The position numbers were made by a program, and so were the translations under genes. 64,000 nucleotides of DNA from a virus: positions 32,001 through 96,000 of the IMG/VR virus record IMGVR_UViG_3300010401_000033; one strand, 5' to 3'. Below, in pieces: positions 16,151 to 25,857 of the stretch. Within the stretch, counting starts at the first letter, position 1, and every line of letters starts with the position of its first letter. Below the pieces are notes generated by a model that saw only the letters and a list, made by a program, of their open reading frames with translations, made no database searches and was not told the DNA's origin.

Positions 16151-17235
16151 TATTGTGCATCCGTTTCTGAGTTCACTGCTTCCACATACAATTCCTGTAG
16201 GAGGCCCTTCAATTTATCAGGATCAACTCCCCCAGGCATCGTCATGCCATCCACACACTTACGAATAATTGTGACAGTATCCTCGGCTTGGTTCACTCCA
16301 ATACCCTGGGTCGCGTCTAAGGCAGACTCCGTGTAGTCCTCAACCACCGTTACGTCTAACGGACTTGACTTATAGAGTGAGTCCATCATGGTATCAAAGA
16401 GGTAGGGGTTCTGCTTGCGTGTCACCACAACCTTGACGAAAGCATTGGTGTATTGTGTGAAATCATGGGATTTCCAGAATTCAAAGTTCTGGACGCTATC
16501 ATCGTAGGTGTACTTGTGGAACAGCCGGTAGGGGTTCTCCACAAAGGTCAATTCGCGTGTCTCTGTATCCAGAATATGGAACCCACGAGGATCGTTGTAG
16601 TCTGCCCAGGTAATTTCGTATTGGTTGCCCAGGTAATAGATCACCCCATCATCTGAGCGGTGGTGGAAGTGCCCCGAATAAACCTTATCAAAACGATCAA
16701 ATGTTCCCTTGCTCATACCCGATAGACACACGTTCCCCTGATCCATTTCAAACCCTGTGATTTCCAGGTGTCCGAGAATGATCGGGGCTTTTGTGGTTTC
16801 AATGTACTGCATCGCGGCTTCGTAATTCCCTGAGTTGATCCAGGGAATCAATGCCACAAGGAGACTGCCGTATTGCATATCCTGGGGTTCACTGAAAATT
16901 CGCACGTTCGGATACTTCCCGATCAATTCATCCAAGGCATTGACGCTGTTGGTGTTGCGGTAATAACAGTCGTGATTGCCTGTCAGGAGGTCGATAGGAA
17001 TGTTGTATTCGTTGTTGAGGCGGTCAAAGAACCCAGTCTGCCACTTATTCCATATGGCAAAGTTGATGAACTTACGACGATCAACCACGTCACCGAGGTG
17101 GACCACACGATCTACTCGGTGCTTTGTGAGCGCCGGGAAAAAGATATTATCCCAAAAACGAAAGAAGAAGTCATTGATGTGGGGATTGTCACCACGCGCA
17201 CCCGCATGGGTGTCGTTGATAAGGGCCAGTTTCAT
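16150..17235 (-). CDS. gp47: Recombination endonuclease subunit (gp47, Mre11/SbcD-like)
   Basis: DTHAG, HLGDVVDRR, GNHD, SGHFH. Confidence 0.96.
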   Translation of the reverse strand: MKLALINDTHAGARGDNPHINDFFFRFWDNIFFPALTKHRVDRVVHLGDVVDRRKFINFAIWNKWQTGFFDRLNNEYNIPIDLLTGNHDCYYRNTNSVNALDELIGKYPNVRIFSEPQDMQYGSLLVALIPWINSGNYEAAMQYIETTKAPIILGHLEITGFEMDQGNVCLSGMSKGTFDRFDKVYSGHFHHRSDDGVIYYLGNQYEITWADYNDPRGFHILDTETRELTFVENPYRLFHKYTYDDSVQNFEFWKSHDFTQYTNAFVKVVVTRKQNPYLFDTMMDSLYKSSPLDVTVVEDYTESALDATQGIGVNQAEDTVTIIRKCVDGMTMPGGVDPDKLKGLLQELYVEAVNSETDAQ

Positions 17236-17435
17236 TAAATTCGTACTCCTGAACCGCGGATTGGTTCACTGCAACCAACGATGAAGTTACCGTCTGACAT
17301 CTTTTGGTCCTCAAGACGTTCAATTCGTGCCTCAAGATCGGCAAGTCTTTTGAGTAATTCTGTAGGGTCAAACTGGGAGCGTTGCGGCTCTGGAAGATGC
17401 GTCATCTTCACTGGTCTCGGTGTCATGGGATTCAT
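17235..17435 (-). CDS. Hypothetical protein (66 aa, short coiled coil)
   Basis: Overlaps both neighbours by TAATG. Confidence 0.6.
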   Translation of the reverse strand: MNPMTPRPVKMTHLPEPQRSQFDPTELLKRLADLEARIERLEDQKMSDGNFIVGCSEPIRGSGVRI

Positions 17436-17986
17436 TAGTCACCTATGAATTTAAGGGTTCCACTGCTGGCAATGACTTTCGGCTTTCTGCGTCTTTTACT
17501 TTTACGCCCCTTCTCAAAGGCGTCAATGAAGTCTGTGATATTCTCATAAACCTGGAATGAACGCCCACGATCATGCCCTAGCCCCTCAAGATCGTGCATT
17601 TCCGACTGTTGGAGCAACCCAAGTTGCTGGGTCGCTTTGTACTTCACATAAAGTTGCCGTTTCTCTTTGGTAATACGTCTGAGGAAGGCAAAATAGGTGA
17701 TTTGGGTAAAATATGCGAACGGATTCTTTGACTTGGCCGGATTAAAGTTCTTCGCATATTGGACACAGTTCTCCACGGCATCTGCAATCATATCCTCACG
17801 GAAGGTGTAGGACATGAAATTAGGCTTGCGTGAGAGGTGTTCGGCAATCTTAAGAAAACACACCCCAATGAATGGGCTCAGTTCAGGCGCCTGGCGCTTG
17901 GCTTTCTTTGCTTCCTTCACCTGTGTTCGGTAATCAATCATCGCTGCTAGCAATTCTTTGTTGCTAACGTAGTGGGTAGTTGCCAT
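17435..17986 (-). CDS. gp55: Late-transcription sigma factor (gp55)
   Basis: HYVSNKEL, PNFMSYTFREDMIADA, NPFAYFTQI; start ATG 17986 behind GAGGAG. Confidence 0.95.
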   Translation of the reverse strand: MATTHYVSNKELLAAMIDYRTQVKEAKKAKRQAPELSPFIGVCFLKIAEHLSRKPNFMSYTFREDMIADAVENCVQYAKNFNPAKSKNPFAYFTQITYFAFLRRITKEKRQLYVKYKATQQLGLLQQSEMHDLEGLGHDRGRSFQVYENITDFIDAFEKGRKSKRRRKPKVIASSGTLKFIGD

Positions 17987-17994
17987 AGGACTCC

Positions 17995-18483
17995 TCAATG
18001 GGTGGTGGTGGGATCGCCCCACTCAGTATTTTCATCAAATAATGCCGCAAGTGTATCGGGGAGAGCGTTAGGATTCACGAATGTTTCTTGTGATTTTCGT
18101 TCCTTTGTACGAGCGAATTTCTCTTGGTGAAACTTTTCAATTTGGGAGACCTGAGAAATAAATTCTCCGGCAAAGAGCCTGAGTTTTTCTTGTTCAGTGT
18201 GCGCCCATACCTTATAAAAACTGAGGAGTTCGGGTGTGGGCTGCATTGTGCCACGCATGAGACCCGGGGTGACACGAATCAATGCACCCTGAACCAATTC
18301 ATTGGGCAACCACGGCGTCAACATGAACCCCAGGATACCCTGTGCCCCTCGTTCATGAATCACGAGTGCAGGCGTATCAAAGAGAAACAACGTTTCGCTA
18401 GATGGGTCCTGAGTGACGCGAGCGATGATAATTTCCCCACGATCCAAGAGCATCATCAGGATATTGTTTTGAACAGGTTCCAT
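17995..18483 (-). CDS. Hypothetical protein between uvsW and gp55
   Basis: LDRGEIIIA...LTPWLP pattern; position typical of T4-like phages. Confidence 0.7.
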   Translation of the reverse strand: MEPVQNNILMMLLDRGEIIIARVTQDPSSETLFLFDTPALVIHERGAQGILGFMLTPWLPNELVQGALIRVTPGLMRGTMQPTPELLSFYKVWAHTEQEKLRLFAGEFISQVSQIEKFHQEKFARTKERKSQETFVNPNALPDTLAALFDENTEWGDPTTTH

Positions 18484-18506
18484 TAACACTTCTCCAAGGA
18501 AAGCCT

Positions 18507-18535
18507 ATTATAACACACTCAACTTTTTAAGTCAA
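18507..18535 (-). promoter_or_regulatory. Sigma70-type promoter for the gp55-47-46 operon
   Basis: TTGACT-17 bp-TATAAT with TG extension. Confidence 0.8.
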
Positions 18536-19991
18536 TGAGATATTGCTTGAATGGGAGTTTTTCGCTATTATAGATGGAGGCACGGTGGATGAAGTGTTTC
18601 AGGAGAAAATTCTCTCGTTTACCGATCCTGAGGTCATCCACAATATCAAAGAGGGTGGCACAGGTTTTACCGTCAGCATTTCGCAAACCTCTACCGATGG
18701 ATTGAAGATTGCGGATTCGTGATTTGGATGGTGCCGCAAAAATGACGTTATGGAGTTTCTTGATATTGATACCTGTGCTGAATGTCCCGTAAGATGCCAC
18801 GATGATTGCATTTTCACTCTCTTCGGTAATTCCCCGAATTTCTTCACGCACCAATGTTTCGGTGTCTCCGTGGACAAAAAAGACCTTTCGCCCCTCTGCT
18901 GCTCCGTCTCTAATGGATTCAAACAATGGCTTACCGTGCTTCTTGACCAATTGAAAGAGAATGAGGGTGTTGCCTTCCAGGGAGAGAGCAAGGTTGCGAA
19001 CAAACTTGGCTCTTGGCTGATAATGCACCACGGCATCGTATTCCTCCTGATAAGAGGATTTCCTCAGTGATTGACACACGGCCTCAGGATATTTGAGCAC
19101 CAGGCACTTAATTTTCAGTGAGGCTAACTTACCGGAGTCCATGAGTTCTTTGGTTGTAGTGGCGGCAAACTCAGGACCAAAATGACCCTCTAATACCAAT
19201 TTGTGCGTCTTGGTTCCATCTAGGGTGCCCGTAGTTCCGATACGAACATCCGCATTTTTGAGTGCTGCCATTACCGCCGAGAGGGTCTTGGCTTTGAATT
19301 GATGGGCTTCATCCCCGATCACAAAATCAAATTGAGAGAGGTATTCAGGATTCTTTTTGTGTTGCAGGTAGAGTGTTTGATAGGTTGAGACGGTGAGGAA
19401 ATGCTTAATCACCTTATCCTTACCCTCATAGAGGCGATGCACGTACTTATCAGAGTCCCACCCATAGGACTGGAAATCGGTGAAAAGTTGTTCAACCAAC
19501 GAGGTGGTTGGAACAATAATCAATCCGCGTTGGTGGTTTTGTTGGAGTTGTCTCGCCATCATATACATGATAAGCGATTTACCGGATGCCGTAGGGCTGA
19601 CGATCAACAGGCGTCTGTAGCGAATGGCTTTCGCAAACGCTTCAATCTGATAGTCGTGGGGAATATGTGGGAGACCGAGAGAGACTGCGAAGGCTTGCGC
19701 CTCGGCAATTGAGAAGTTCGTGGTTAGGAGAACAGCGTCATCGACTGAAAGAGTGTATTGACGATCCGCAGCAAATTTCTGGAGGTAACCGACAAGACCA
19801 CCAGGGAGAGTAGCATAGCGGCGATCAAATAACCTGATCCGACCGTCCCACATACCGCTCTTAAATAAAGGCTGGTACTCATGTCCAGGGACGAAGAATG
19901 CAAAATACTCTGACAACTCTTGTGCCACTGCGTCATCAGTGCTAACCTGAATAAAGGCTTCATTTTTCTTACTAACAAAAAGGTTGGACAT
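18519..19991 (-). CDS. uvsW: UvsW SF2 DNA helicase
   Basis: WDGRIRL, SPTASGKS, GDEAH, TGT, QSIGRGLR; start ATG 19991 overlapping the UvsY stop. Confidence 0.95.
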   Translation of the reverse strand: MSNLFVSKKNEAFIQVSTDDAVAQELSEYFAFFVPGHEYQPLFKSGMWDGRIRLFDRRYATLPGGLVGYLQKFAADRQYTLSVDDAVLLTTNFSIAEAQAFAVSLGLPHIPHDYQIEAFAKAIRYRRLLIVSPTASGKSLIMYMMARQLQQNHQRGLIIVPTTSLVEQLFTDFQSYGWDSDKYVHRLYEGKDKVIKHFLTVSTYQTLYLQHKKNPEYLSQFDFVIGDEAHQFKAKTLSAVMAALKNADVRIGTTGTLDGTKTHKLVLEGHFGPEFAATTTKELMDSGKLASLKIKCLVLKYPEAVCQSLRKSSYQEEYDAVVHYQPRAKFVRNLALSLEGNTLILFQLVKKHGKPLFESIRDGAAEGRKVFFVHGDTETLVREEIRGITEESENAIIVASYGTFSTGINIKKLHNVIFAAPSKSRIRNLQSIGRGLRNADGKTCATLFDIVDDLRIGKRENFLLKHFIHRASIYNSEKLPFKQYLIDLKS

Positions 19992-20458
19992 TAGTGGGCC
20001 CCCGATATGAATTTCTCCCAACTAATGATATCCTTTAGTTGGAAGGTTCGGGACCCCAGTTCTTTAATGATTCGTTCGCACAAATCCACAATTTCCTCAT
20101 GTATGGCAATCACAGCCTTGCCGTTCACCAATTCCTTATCTGAGTCCATGTAGGTCGCCAGATCACCCTTAAGAGTGTAGAGGAATGGTTCCCACTTATA
20201 ATGGGCGAGCGTAGTTTGATCCAGGCGCCCCATGTAGTATTCATACTTCAATCGGCGGAGTTTTGCCATGCGCCGTTCACCTTCTTTAAAGGCACGACGA
20301 TGGGTGCTGAGGATGGTGAGGTACTTGCTGTGAAGCGAACCGATCTTTCTCAGTTCGGAGGCAGGTTCCAACTTATCCATAACAGCGTCAATTTTCCACT
20401 CCGCGAGGAGTGAGTCCACCTGGTCGGTAGACGGAGCCTTCGGGTCAAGATTTAGCAT
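19991..20458 (-). CDS. uvsY: UvsY recombination mediator
   Basis: LHSKYL, YEYYMG, RTFQLKDIISWEKF. Confidence 0.9.
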   Translation of the reverse strand: MLNLDPKAPSTDQVDSLLAEWKIDAVMDKLEPASELRKIGSLHSKYLTILSTHRRAFKEGERRMAKLRRLKYEYYMGRLDQTTLAHYKWEPFLYTLKGDLATYMDSDKELVNGKAVIAIHEEIVDLCERIIKELGSRTFQLKDIISWEKFISGAH

Positions 20459-20463
20459 GAGGT

Positions 20464-20492
20464 ATTATAACACAATCAATTATGAAAGTCAA
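20464..20492 (-). promoter_or_regulatory. Sigma70-type promoter, probably giving a leaderless uvsY mRNA
   Basis: TTGACT-17 bp-TATAAT with TG extension; 5 nt to ATG 20458; no SD. Confidence 0.8.
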
Positions 20493-21028
20493 CGATTGAG
20501 GACTTCAATCTCATAGAGGTCAAACCTAAACACAGCGTCCGAGGTTACCGGTTCCTCTGGTGCAGAGGTTGAAGAGAGGAGGATATCGGTAAGTTGTGTG
20601 GGGAAGCAATGCTGAAACTTAATACGAATCTTGGGGTTCTGTTTGGAGTCAAGCACCACCAAAGTCGCATCAGAGAATTGTGGCTGTGGAGCCCCGTAGG
20701 CACCTGGACGCAGCGGGAGGTTCTTGAATTCCTTGAATTCCTTCGGAAACGTCAACCCACGCATCCAGGTATACACTTCAAGCCACCCAGTTAACTCTTC
20801 ATCCACGATAAAGGTCATGGAGAAGGGGTTAATAAGCAACTTCTCACCAGGAGAATAGAGATCAATAAACGGAGTCTGCCTCGGTACTTCTCCGATGGAC
20901 AAACCAGGAATGTTGACAGATTGGGCCCAGTATTCCACGGTTGGAATAGCGGTAAAACTCACCAAAAATTTATTTGGGTGCATCCCATTGGGATTGGCTG
21001 GGGTGTGTGGAATTGAAGGGATTGCCAT
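20489..21028 (-). CDS. gp3: Tail tube terminator / tail completion protein (gp3)
   Basis: QSVNIPG, FIVDEEL, FSDATL, FPTQL. Confidence 0.88.
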   Translation of the reverse strand: MAIPSIPHTPANPNGMHPNKFLVSFTAIPTVEYWAQSVNIPGLSIGEVPRQTPFIDLYSPGEKLLINPFSMTFIVDEELTGWLEVYTWMRGLTFPKEFKEFKNLPLRPGAYGAPQPQFSDATLVVLDSKQNPKIRIKFQHCFPTQLTDILLSSTSAPEEPVTSDAVFRFDLYEIEVLNR

Positions 21029-21029
21029 G

Positions 21030-21545
21030 TTACGACCTCTCTATCCAATCAAGAATCTGTCTCGGTGCCTCTGAGTCGCCATTGGCTTCAATAATCTTGT
21101 TTGGCGGCACCTGTGAGTATACAAGACTATGTATCTGTCGATCTAAGTCCTTCGCTTCGTCCTCAGTCTGACTACGCCCAAAGAGGACGTAAGGCTTTGT
21201 ACGCCTGAGAATCACTGCGATGTTGTCATATTCGTGAAACAGGTCTTTAATGAAGGGACTGAAACTTGAGGGCATCATTCTATTATAGACCAGGCACAGG
21301 AGCAACGGACTGTCAGTGATGCAATAATCAACCTTATCCTTGAGCAAGAAGAGGCGATGGTGTTGCTTGGCAGAGATATACAATTGATCGTCAAGTTCTT
21401 TATGACGATCCGCCCAGACAATATCCTTGGCGTACTCGGTCACAAGTTCCACCTTATAACCATCCTGCTTCATGATATGAAAGAGACCCGCCGCGGTGGT
21501 TGATTTCCCGGCACCCGGGCCCGCAAAGAGATTCACGACCTTCAT
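21030..21545 (-). CDS. NadR/AAA_28-like P-loop kinase/ATPase
   Basis: FAGPGAGKSTT, ELVTEYAK, ITDSPLL, GRSQTEDEA. Confidence 0.75.
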   Translation of the reverse strand: MKVVNLFAGPGAGKSTTAAGLFHIMKQDGYKVELVTEYAKDIVWADRHKELDDQLYISAKQHHRLFLLKDKVDYCITDSPLLLCLVYNRMMPSSFSPFIKDLFHEYDNIAVILRRTKPYVLFGRSQTEDEAKDLDRQIHSLVYSQVPPNKIIEANGDSEAPRQILDWIERS

Positions 21546-22039
21546 GCAAATTCCTTTCCTGGAAATTCATCTACTTCTTCGTCATCTTCTTCTGGTTCAG
21601 CAATACCTGCATCAATCCATGATACCACTTCTTTGTCCTTGATGAAAATGATGTAGGATTGTCCACCATCCTTATGATAGACACTGACCTGAACCGCAGT
21701 GATCGGTAGACTACCGATTTCGTCCTGCAAAGTCTTGACACTGAGCACCCTTATAGTAAGGGTTTGTTCGGGGAACCGCTTTTTTCCAAAACCCTTAATT
21801 AAATCATCCAATTCTGTGCGAAGATCGTTCTCAACGGTAACTTGAGTCTTTTTGACCTGTCGTTCGCGGCATTCTATCCGAAAGTTGTTTTCATTGGGAT
21901 AGGCTTCTGCCATTTCAAACCCAATACGGTCCCTTTCAACTTGGCATTCTTCTTGTGTAGCGAATGAATTGAGGAATGTGAGGCGTTCCAACCCCTGAAC
22001 GGGGGTGAGCAAAACCATAAGCAATACCCAGGGTAGCAT
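21542..22039 (-). CDS. Hypothetical protein with a hydrophobic, signal-like N-terminus
   Basis: MLPWVLLMVLLTP; AGGAG RBS; own promoter. Confidence 0.7.
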   Translation of the reverse strand: MLPWVLLMVLLTPVQGLERLTFLNSFATQEECQVERDRIGFEMAEAYPNENNFRIECRERQVKKTQVTVENDLRTELDDLIKGFGKKRFPEQTLTIRVLSVKTLQDEIGSLPITAVQVSVYHKDGGQSYIIFIKDKEVVSWIDAGIAEPEEDDEEVDEFPGKEFA

Positions 22040-22064
22040 AGTTCTCCTTAGAAGGTGAGTGTAT

Positions 22065-22093
22065 ACTATACACTATTTATGAGGGGTTGTCAA
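22065..22093 (-). promoter_or_regulatory. Sigma70-type promoter with a nested late-promoter motif
   Basis: TTGACA-17 bp-TATAGT; CATAAATA at 22074-22081 within the spacer. Confidence 0.75.
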
Positions 22094-22096
22094 GAT

Positions 22097-22130
22097 AAAA
22101 GAAAAGGGGAACCTCTTTCGAGATTCCCCT
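22097..22130 (-). terminator. Rho-independent terminator after gp23
   Basis: AGGGGAATCTC-GAAA-GAGGTTCCCCT followed by TTTCTTTT. Confidence 0.9.
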
Positions 22131-22157
22131 CACTTTGAAACAGATTACAGGAATTGA

Positions 22158-23492
22158 TTATGCAATGTTTGCAATCTTCAACGCTCTGTAGTACATGTTT
22201 GCGCGGACGGTCAAGGCACCAGAACCCTGCACTGCACCTTCTGCGAATGGGTTCGCAACGATGCCATAACGGGTCTTAAACCCGATCTTTGGCTGGAAGG
22301 TTGCTGTGTCGATGGCGCGAACCATCTGGAGCGGAACGTATGGGCAGTAGAAGATTCCTGCATCAAATGCGTTGGAACCCTTGTACCCGACGACCGCGAA
22401 TTCCTGAGTCTGTGCGGCTGGGAAGTACGGGTCAATGTAGACCTTGTAGCGACCAAGCAAGGTACCCGCGAAGGTGTTGCCTGTGTCATCCACGTTGAGG
22501 CTGATGTTATCCTTCAAGGCGCCTGCATAGTCCAAGACTCCTGCGAGTGCGAAGGCTGATGCCACGTCTGAGGAACAGACAACCACGTTACCCTTGCCAC
22601 GACGGGTTTGCTTGGCGATGGTGTTCGCTTCGCGTTCGATCTGGAACACGAGTCCCTTGATCTTTTCAACCATCCAACGACCGTTTGAATCGGTGTCGAG
22701 GTCGAATGTCCCTGCGGTGGTCGTACCAACTTGGCAACCAACCTTGGCGACGGAGTAAATGGTGCGGATAACTTCACGGTTGATTTCTGAGAGGACTTCG
22801 GCGGAGAGGATGTTGGAAAGTTCCGTCTCGGCGTCGAGTCCGTGAACTGCCTTCAAGTCCTGTGCCAATTCCAATGTGTACTCAGCCTTCAAAGCGCGTG
22901 TCTTTGCAGTCACGGTGACCTTTTCAATGCTGAATCCCATTTCGCTGAATGCTGGGTTCGTGCCATCGCCCAAACCTTCCGCAACTGCTGTGGAGATACC
23001 GACGCCAGGTGCAACTGGAGTTGCGAACACGGCTGCGGTGTTACCGGATGCAGTCAAGGACAATGCGGTCTGTGCCACACCGGTGCCGGTGAAGGATGAG
23101 TTTGCTTCCTGATAGAAGGCTTCATCCAAACGCGCAGTGGCGTTTGCATAGTTGGAACGCATTGCGAAAATCAATCCCGTAGGACCGGTCATTGGCTGGA
23201 CGCCGCAGATGTCATACGCAATCAAGTTCGGGAGGGAACGACGAACGAGGGAGATGAGGATTGGGTCATATCCTGCCATTGGACCCGTTGCTGTTGCGGC
23301 ACCCGTCAAACCACCACCCGTGGCGTTGACTGCGGTTTCCGACAACATCTGAGCATCACCCTTGAGAGCAATGGCTTGGTTTTCCAAGACGATTGCGGTG
23401 ACCGCTCGGCGGTGCTTATCGGTGATCTTTGGGAGTGCCTCGTGGTCGAGGACTGATGCCCACTTGGTTTCTAACTTCTCTGATTGAAACAT
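22158..23492 (-). CDS. gp23: Major capsid protein (gp23)
   Basis: GVQPMTGPTGLIFAMR, RALKAEYTLELAQDLKAVHGLDAE, FQPKIGFKTRYG. Confidence 0.99.
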   Translation of the reverse strand: MFQSEKLETKWASVLDHEALPKITDKHRRAVTAIVLENQAIALKGDAQMLSETAVNATGGGLTGAATATGPMAGYDPILISLVRRSLPNLIAYDICGVQPMTGPTGLIFAMRSNYANATARLDEAFYQEANSSFTGTGVAQTALSLTASGNTAAVFATPVAPGVGISTAVAEGLGDGTNPAFSEMGFSIEKVTVTAKTRALKAEYTLELAQDLKAVHGLDAETELSNILSAEVLSEINREVIRTIYSVAKVGCQVGTTTAGTFDLDTDSNGRWMVEKIKGLVFQIEREANTIAKQTRRGKGNVVVCSSDVASAFALAGVLDYAGALKDNISLNVDDTGNTFAGTLLGRYKVYIDPYFPAAQTQEFAVVGYKGSNAFDAGIFYCPYVPLQMVRAIDTATFQPKIGFKTRYGIVANPFAEGAVQGSGALTVRANMYYRALKIANIA

Positions 23493-23524
23493 GTGTGTTT
23501 CTCCTTGGTTTCTGGTATTGGTGA

Positions 23525-24715
23525 TTACTTCAAACTCTTGGCGATGGCTGCTGCAACGGATGCCACTTCTGGGTTCGTGGACATTGGCTTGTCATCGGCA
23601 ACTTCCGATGCTTCGGTCAACATCTTGGCATTCGCGTCGGACTTCTTCACAGCATTCACTGGGAAGTAGTTCTCTCGGATTGTGGAAACCTTACCCTTGT
23701 AATCACCTTCTGCGGTGAATTCGACGCTCTCTGCGAGTGTGCGAACTTTTTCAACTTGCGTCTGTGTCAATCCTTCACACACGCCGTTGAGGATTTCGGA
23801 CTTCTTGGATTCACTGAGTTGCTTCTTGAGTTCAACGCCCTTGGCGACTTCTTCGTTCAAGGCACTGGTCAATTCTTCAACCTTCGTTGCCAATTCATCA
23901 ACCACGTCCACCTTCTCGGCAGGAATGTCAATGTAATTTTCAAGGAAGAGGTTACGCAATCCACCGATAAACTCTTCGGTCAATTCGGAACGGAGACCCT
24001 TCTCAATGGCTAACTCGTTCTGTGTCATCCACTCTTCAACCACGTAGTTGAGGTAATCATTGACTTGCTCGGTGAGGGAGTCACGAACCTCAAGCACTGC
24101 GGTTTCAAACTTCTCGGCGTATTCGGCTTCCAATGATTCCTGGATGGTCTGAACCTTGTCAGTCACACGGGCTTCGTAAATGGTGCCGATCTTGGATGCA
24201 AATTCCTTCGGGAGGTTAGATTCGGAGGCAAGAATCTTCTTCACGTCCTCAGACAAATCCTTCTTCCATGATTCGTGCATCTTCTCTAACTTGTCGATCA
24301 ATTCCTTCTCTTTCTTTTCGTGCTTCTCGGAGCCTTCCTTGTCATCTTCATCTTCGTCATCTTCGTCATCCTCTTTCTTATCTTCCTTGAGGTGACCCTG
24401 GGACAATCCGGCTTCGATACGTGCTTTACGTTCCTTCTCTTCTGGAGTCTCTTCACCTGATTCGGAAGGATCAGTTGCGGTCCCTGGCTTTCCAGCGACG
24501 GTTGGCAACGGGGCCTTGGTATCGGATGCTGGCTGCTTCCCTGGAGGGGTGGCTTCCTTGGCACCGACTTCAAGTTTGGAGTCACTGTGCTTCTGTGGAG
24601 TGTCACCACCGAGGTCTTGCACTTCGCCTGCGGCCTTGTGCATCTCTTCTTTCGGGGCTCCTGAGTGACTTGCCTTCAAAATTTCTGCGGCGGCTTCCAA
24701 CAGTGCGTTCTTCAT
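23525..24715 (-). CDS. gp22: Prohead core scaffolding protein (gp22)
   Basis: YLNYVVEEW..ENELAIEKG-type motif, acidic coiled coil, position before gp23. Confidence 0.93.
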   Translation of the reverse strand: MKNALLEAAAEILKASHSGAPKEEMHKAAGEVQDLGGDTPQKHSDSKLEVGAKEATPPGKQPASDTKAPLPTVAGKPGTATDPSESGEETPEEKERKARIEAGLSQGHLKEDKKEDDEDDEDEDDKEGSEKHEKKEKELIDKLEKMHESWKKDLSEDVKKILASESNLPKEFASKIGTIYEARVTDKVQTIQESLEAEYAEKFETAVLEVRDSLTEQVNDYLNYVVEEWMTQNELAIEKGLRSELTEEFIGGLRNLFLENYIDIPAEKVDVVDELATKVEELTSALNEEVAKGVELKKQLSESKKSEILNGVCEGLTQTQVEKVRTLAESVEFTAEGDYKGKVSTIRENYFPVNAVKKSDANAKMLTEASEVADDKPMSTNPEVASVAAAIAKSLK

Positions 24716-24746
24716 GTAGAATCTCCTTAATTGTTCGCGTGATTGT

Positions 24747-24754
24747 TATTTATA
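24747..24754 (-). promoter_or_regulatory. T4-type late promoter TATAAATA
   Basis: Exact T4 late consensus upstream of gp22. Confidence 0.8.
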
Positions 24755-24757
24755 AAA

Positions 24758-25411
24758 TTACAGTTTTCGCATGAAATCCGAAAACAATGTAACGGCCAGT
24801 TCACTGAGTTGACGGCTCGGAGCCAATGAAATCGCTCTTTTCGCCTGTTCAATGTCCTGTGCCACGTATCTACCATCGACAAACACCCATTCACGGTTTT
24901 CCATGATACCTCGAACGAAGGCATCTGGAGCGGAGGGGTCTGCCACAATATCGGCCGCTGTAGCCAACTGATAATCGTCCTGAACGAGAGAAATACCATC
25001 GGAACCCTGCACCAACGTACCTAATCCACGGGTGCTGACCGCAATCTTTGCCCCTTCTTCAAGGAGGGATTGAACGATCTTCCCATAAGGGGTTTCAAGA
25101 ATCTTGGCTTTACCATAGAAATCATGTCCATCCGCCCTCAGTTCCTTGATAAGGTGACTGGTGCGCTCAAGATTGATCGTTGGAGAATCTGGGTGCCCTA
25201 ATTCCCCAAAGGCACGGTTCGGCTTAATGTACACATCATTGTATCGGCTGACCTCGCGGTTCATTGATTCAAAGATGTACTTGCGACGGTTCTTGTTTGG
25301 TTGTTCTGTCTGGATGAAAATACCTTCAATGAAGAACTGCTTCTTTCCAGTTTTTTCGTCTGCTTCGGTAAGCACTGTGACATTTTCGTTGCACTCTTTA
25401 ATCAGTTTCAT
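24758..25411 (-). CDS. gp21: Prohead protease (gp21)
   Basis: AFGELGHP, VSTRGLG, ADIVADPSAPDAFV; start ATG 25411. Confidence 0.96.
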   Translation of the reverse strand: MKLIKECNENVTVLTEADEKTGKKQFFIEGIFIQTEQPNKNRRKYIFESMNREVSRYNDVYIKPNRAFGELGHPDSPTINLERTSHLIKELRADGHDFYGKAKILETPYGKIVQSLLEEGAKIAVSTRGLGTLVQGSDGISLVQDDYQLATAADIVADPSAPDAFVRGIMENREWVFVDGRYVAQDIEQAKRAISLAPSRQLSELAVTLFSDFMRKL

Positions 25412-25421
25412 GGGTCGTTCC

Positions 25422-25856
25422 TTATGGTTTTGGTGTCTGAGCGTTACAACATCCCTGGGCATCAATGTTTGTGTCCAATGAGAACAGCGAGGGATTTGAC
25501 GAATTTAATTTCTCAAAGAGATAACACTTACTTTCGTCCAAATCCACATGCACACAATTCTCACAACGAACCTGACGATCAACCAACCCTGCTTCTTTTG
25601 GTGTGACGCTGGCAATCTCTTTCCCCTTCATGCTGGTATCAGGGGTGCCAGGAACATAGAATCCGCAACTCATCTCGGTAGTAATCTTTACATCAGGTCC
25701 AAGAATCGTACATGTGCTGCCTGTAAACATGGTACAGGAGCCGCACTGAGCAAAATTCTTCTTATTGCCCTTAGAGTCCAGATATAAAAAGGCGTCTCTA
25801 TTGATTCGCTTGCTACGTTCCCTCTGTTCACTCACAATCATTCTGAGGGACTTCAT
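25422..25856 (-). CDS. Cys-rich protein with two HiPIP-like CxxC-C-C motifs
   Basis: CGSC-x7-C-x14-C and CENC-x9-C...GCC; start ATG 25856. Confidence 0.55.
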   Translation of the reverse strand: MKSLRMIVSEQRERSKRINRDAFLYLDSKGNKKNFAQCGSCTMFTGSTCTILGPDVKITTEMSCGFYVPGTPDTSMKGKEIASVTPKEAGLVDRQVRCENCVHVDLDESKCYLFEKLNSSNPSLFSLDTNIDAQGCCNAQTPKP

Positions 25857-25857
25857 T

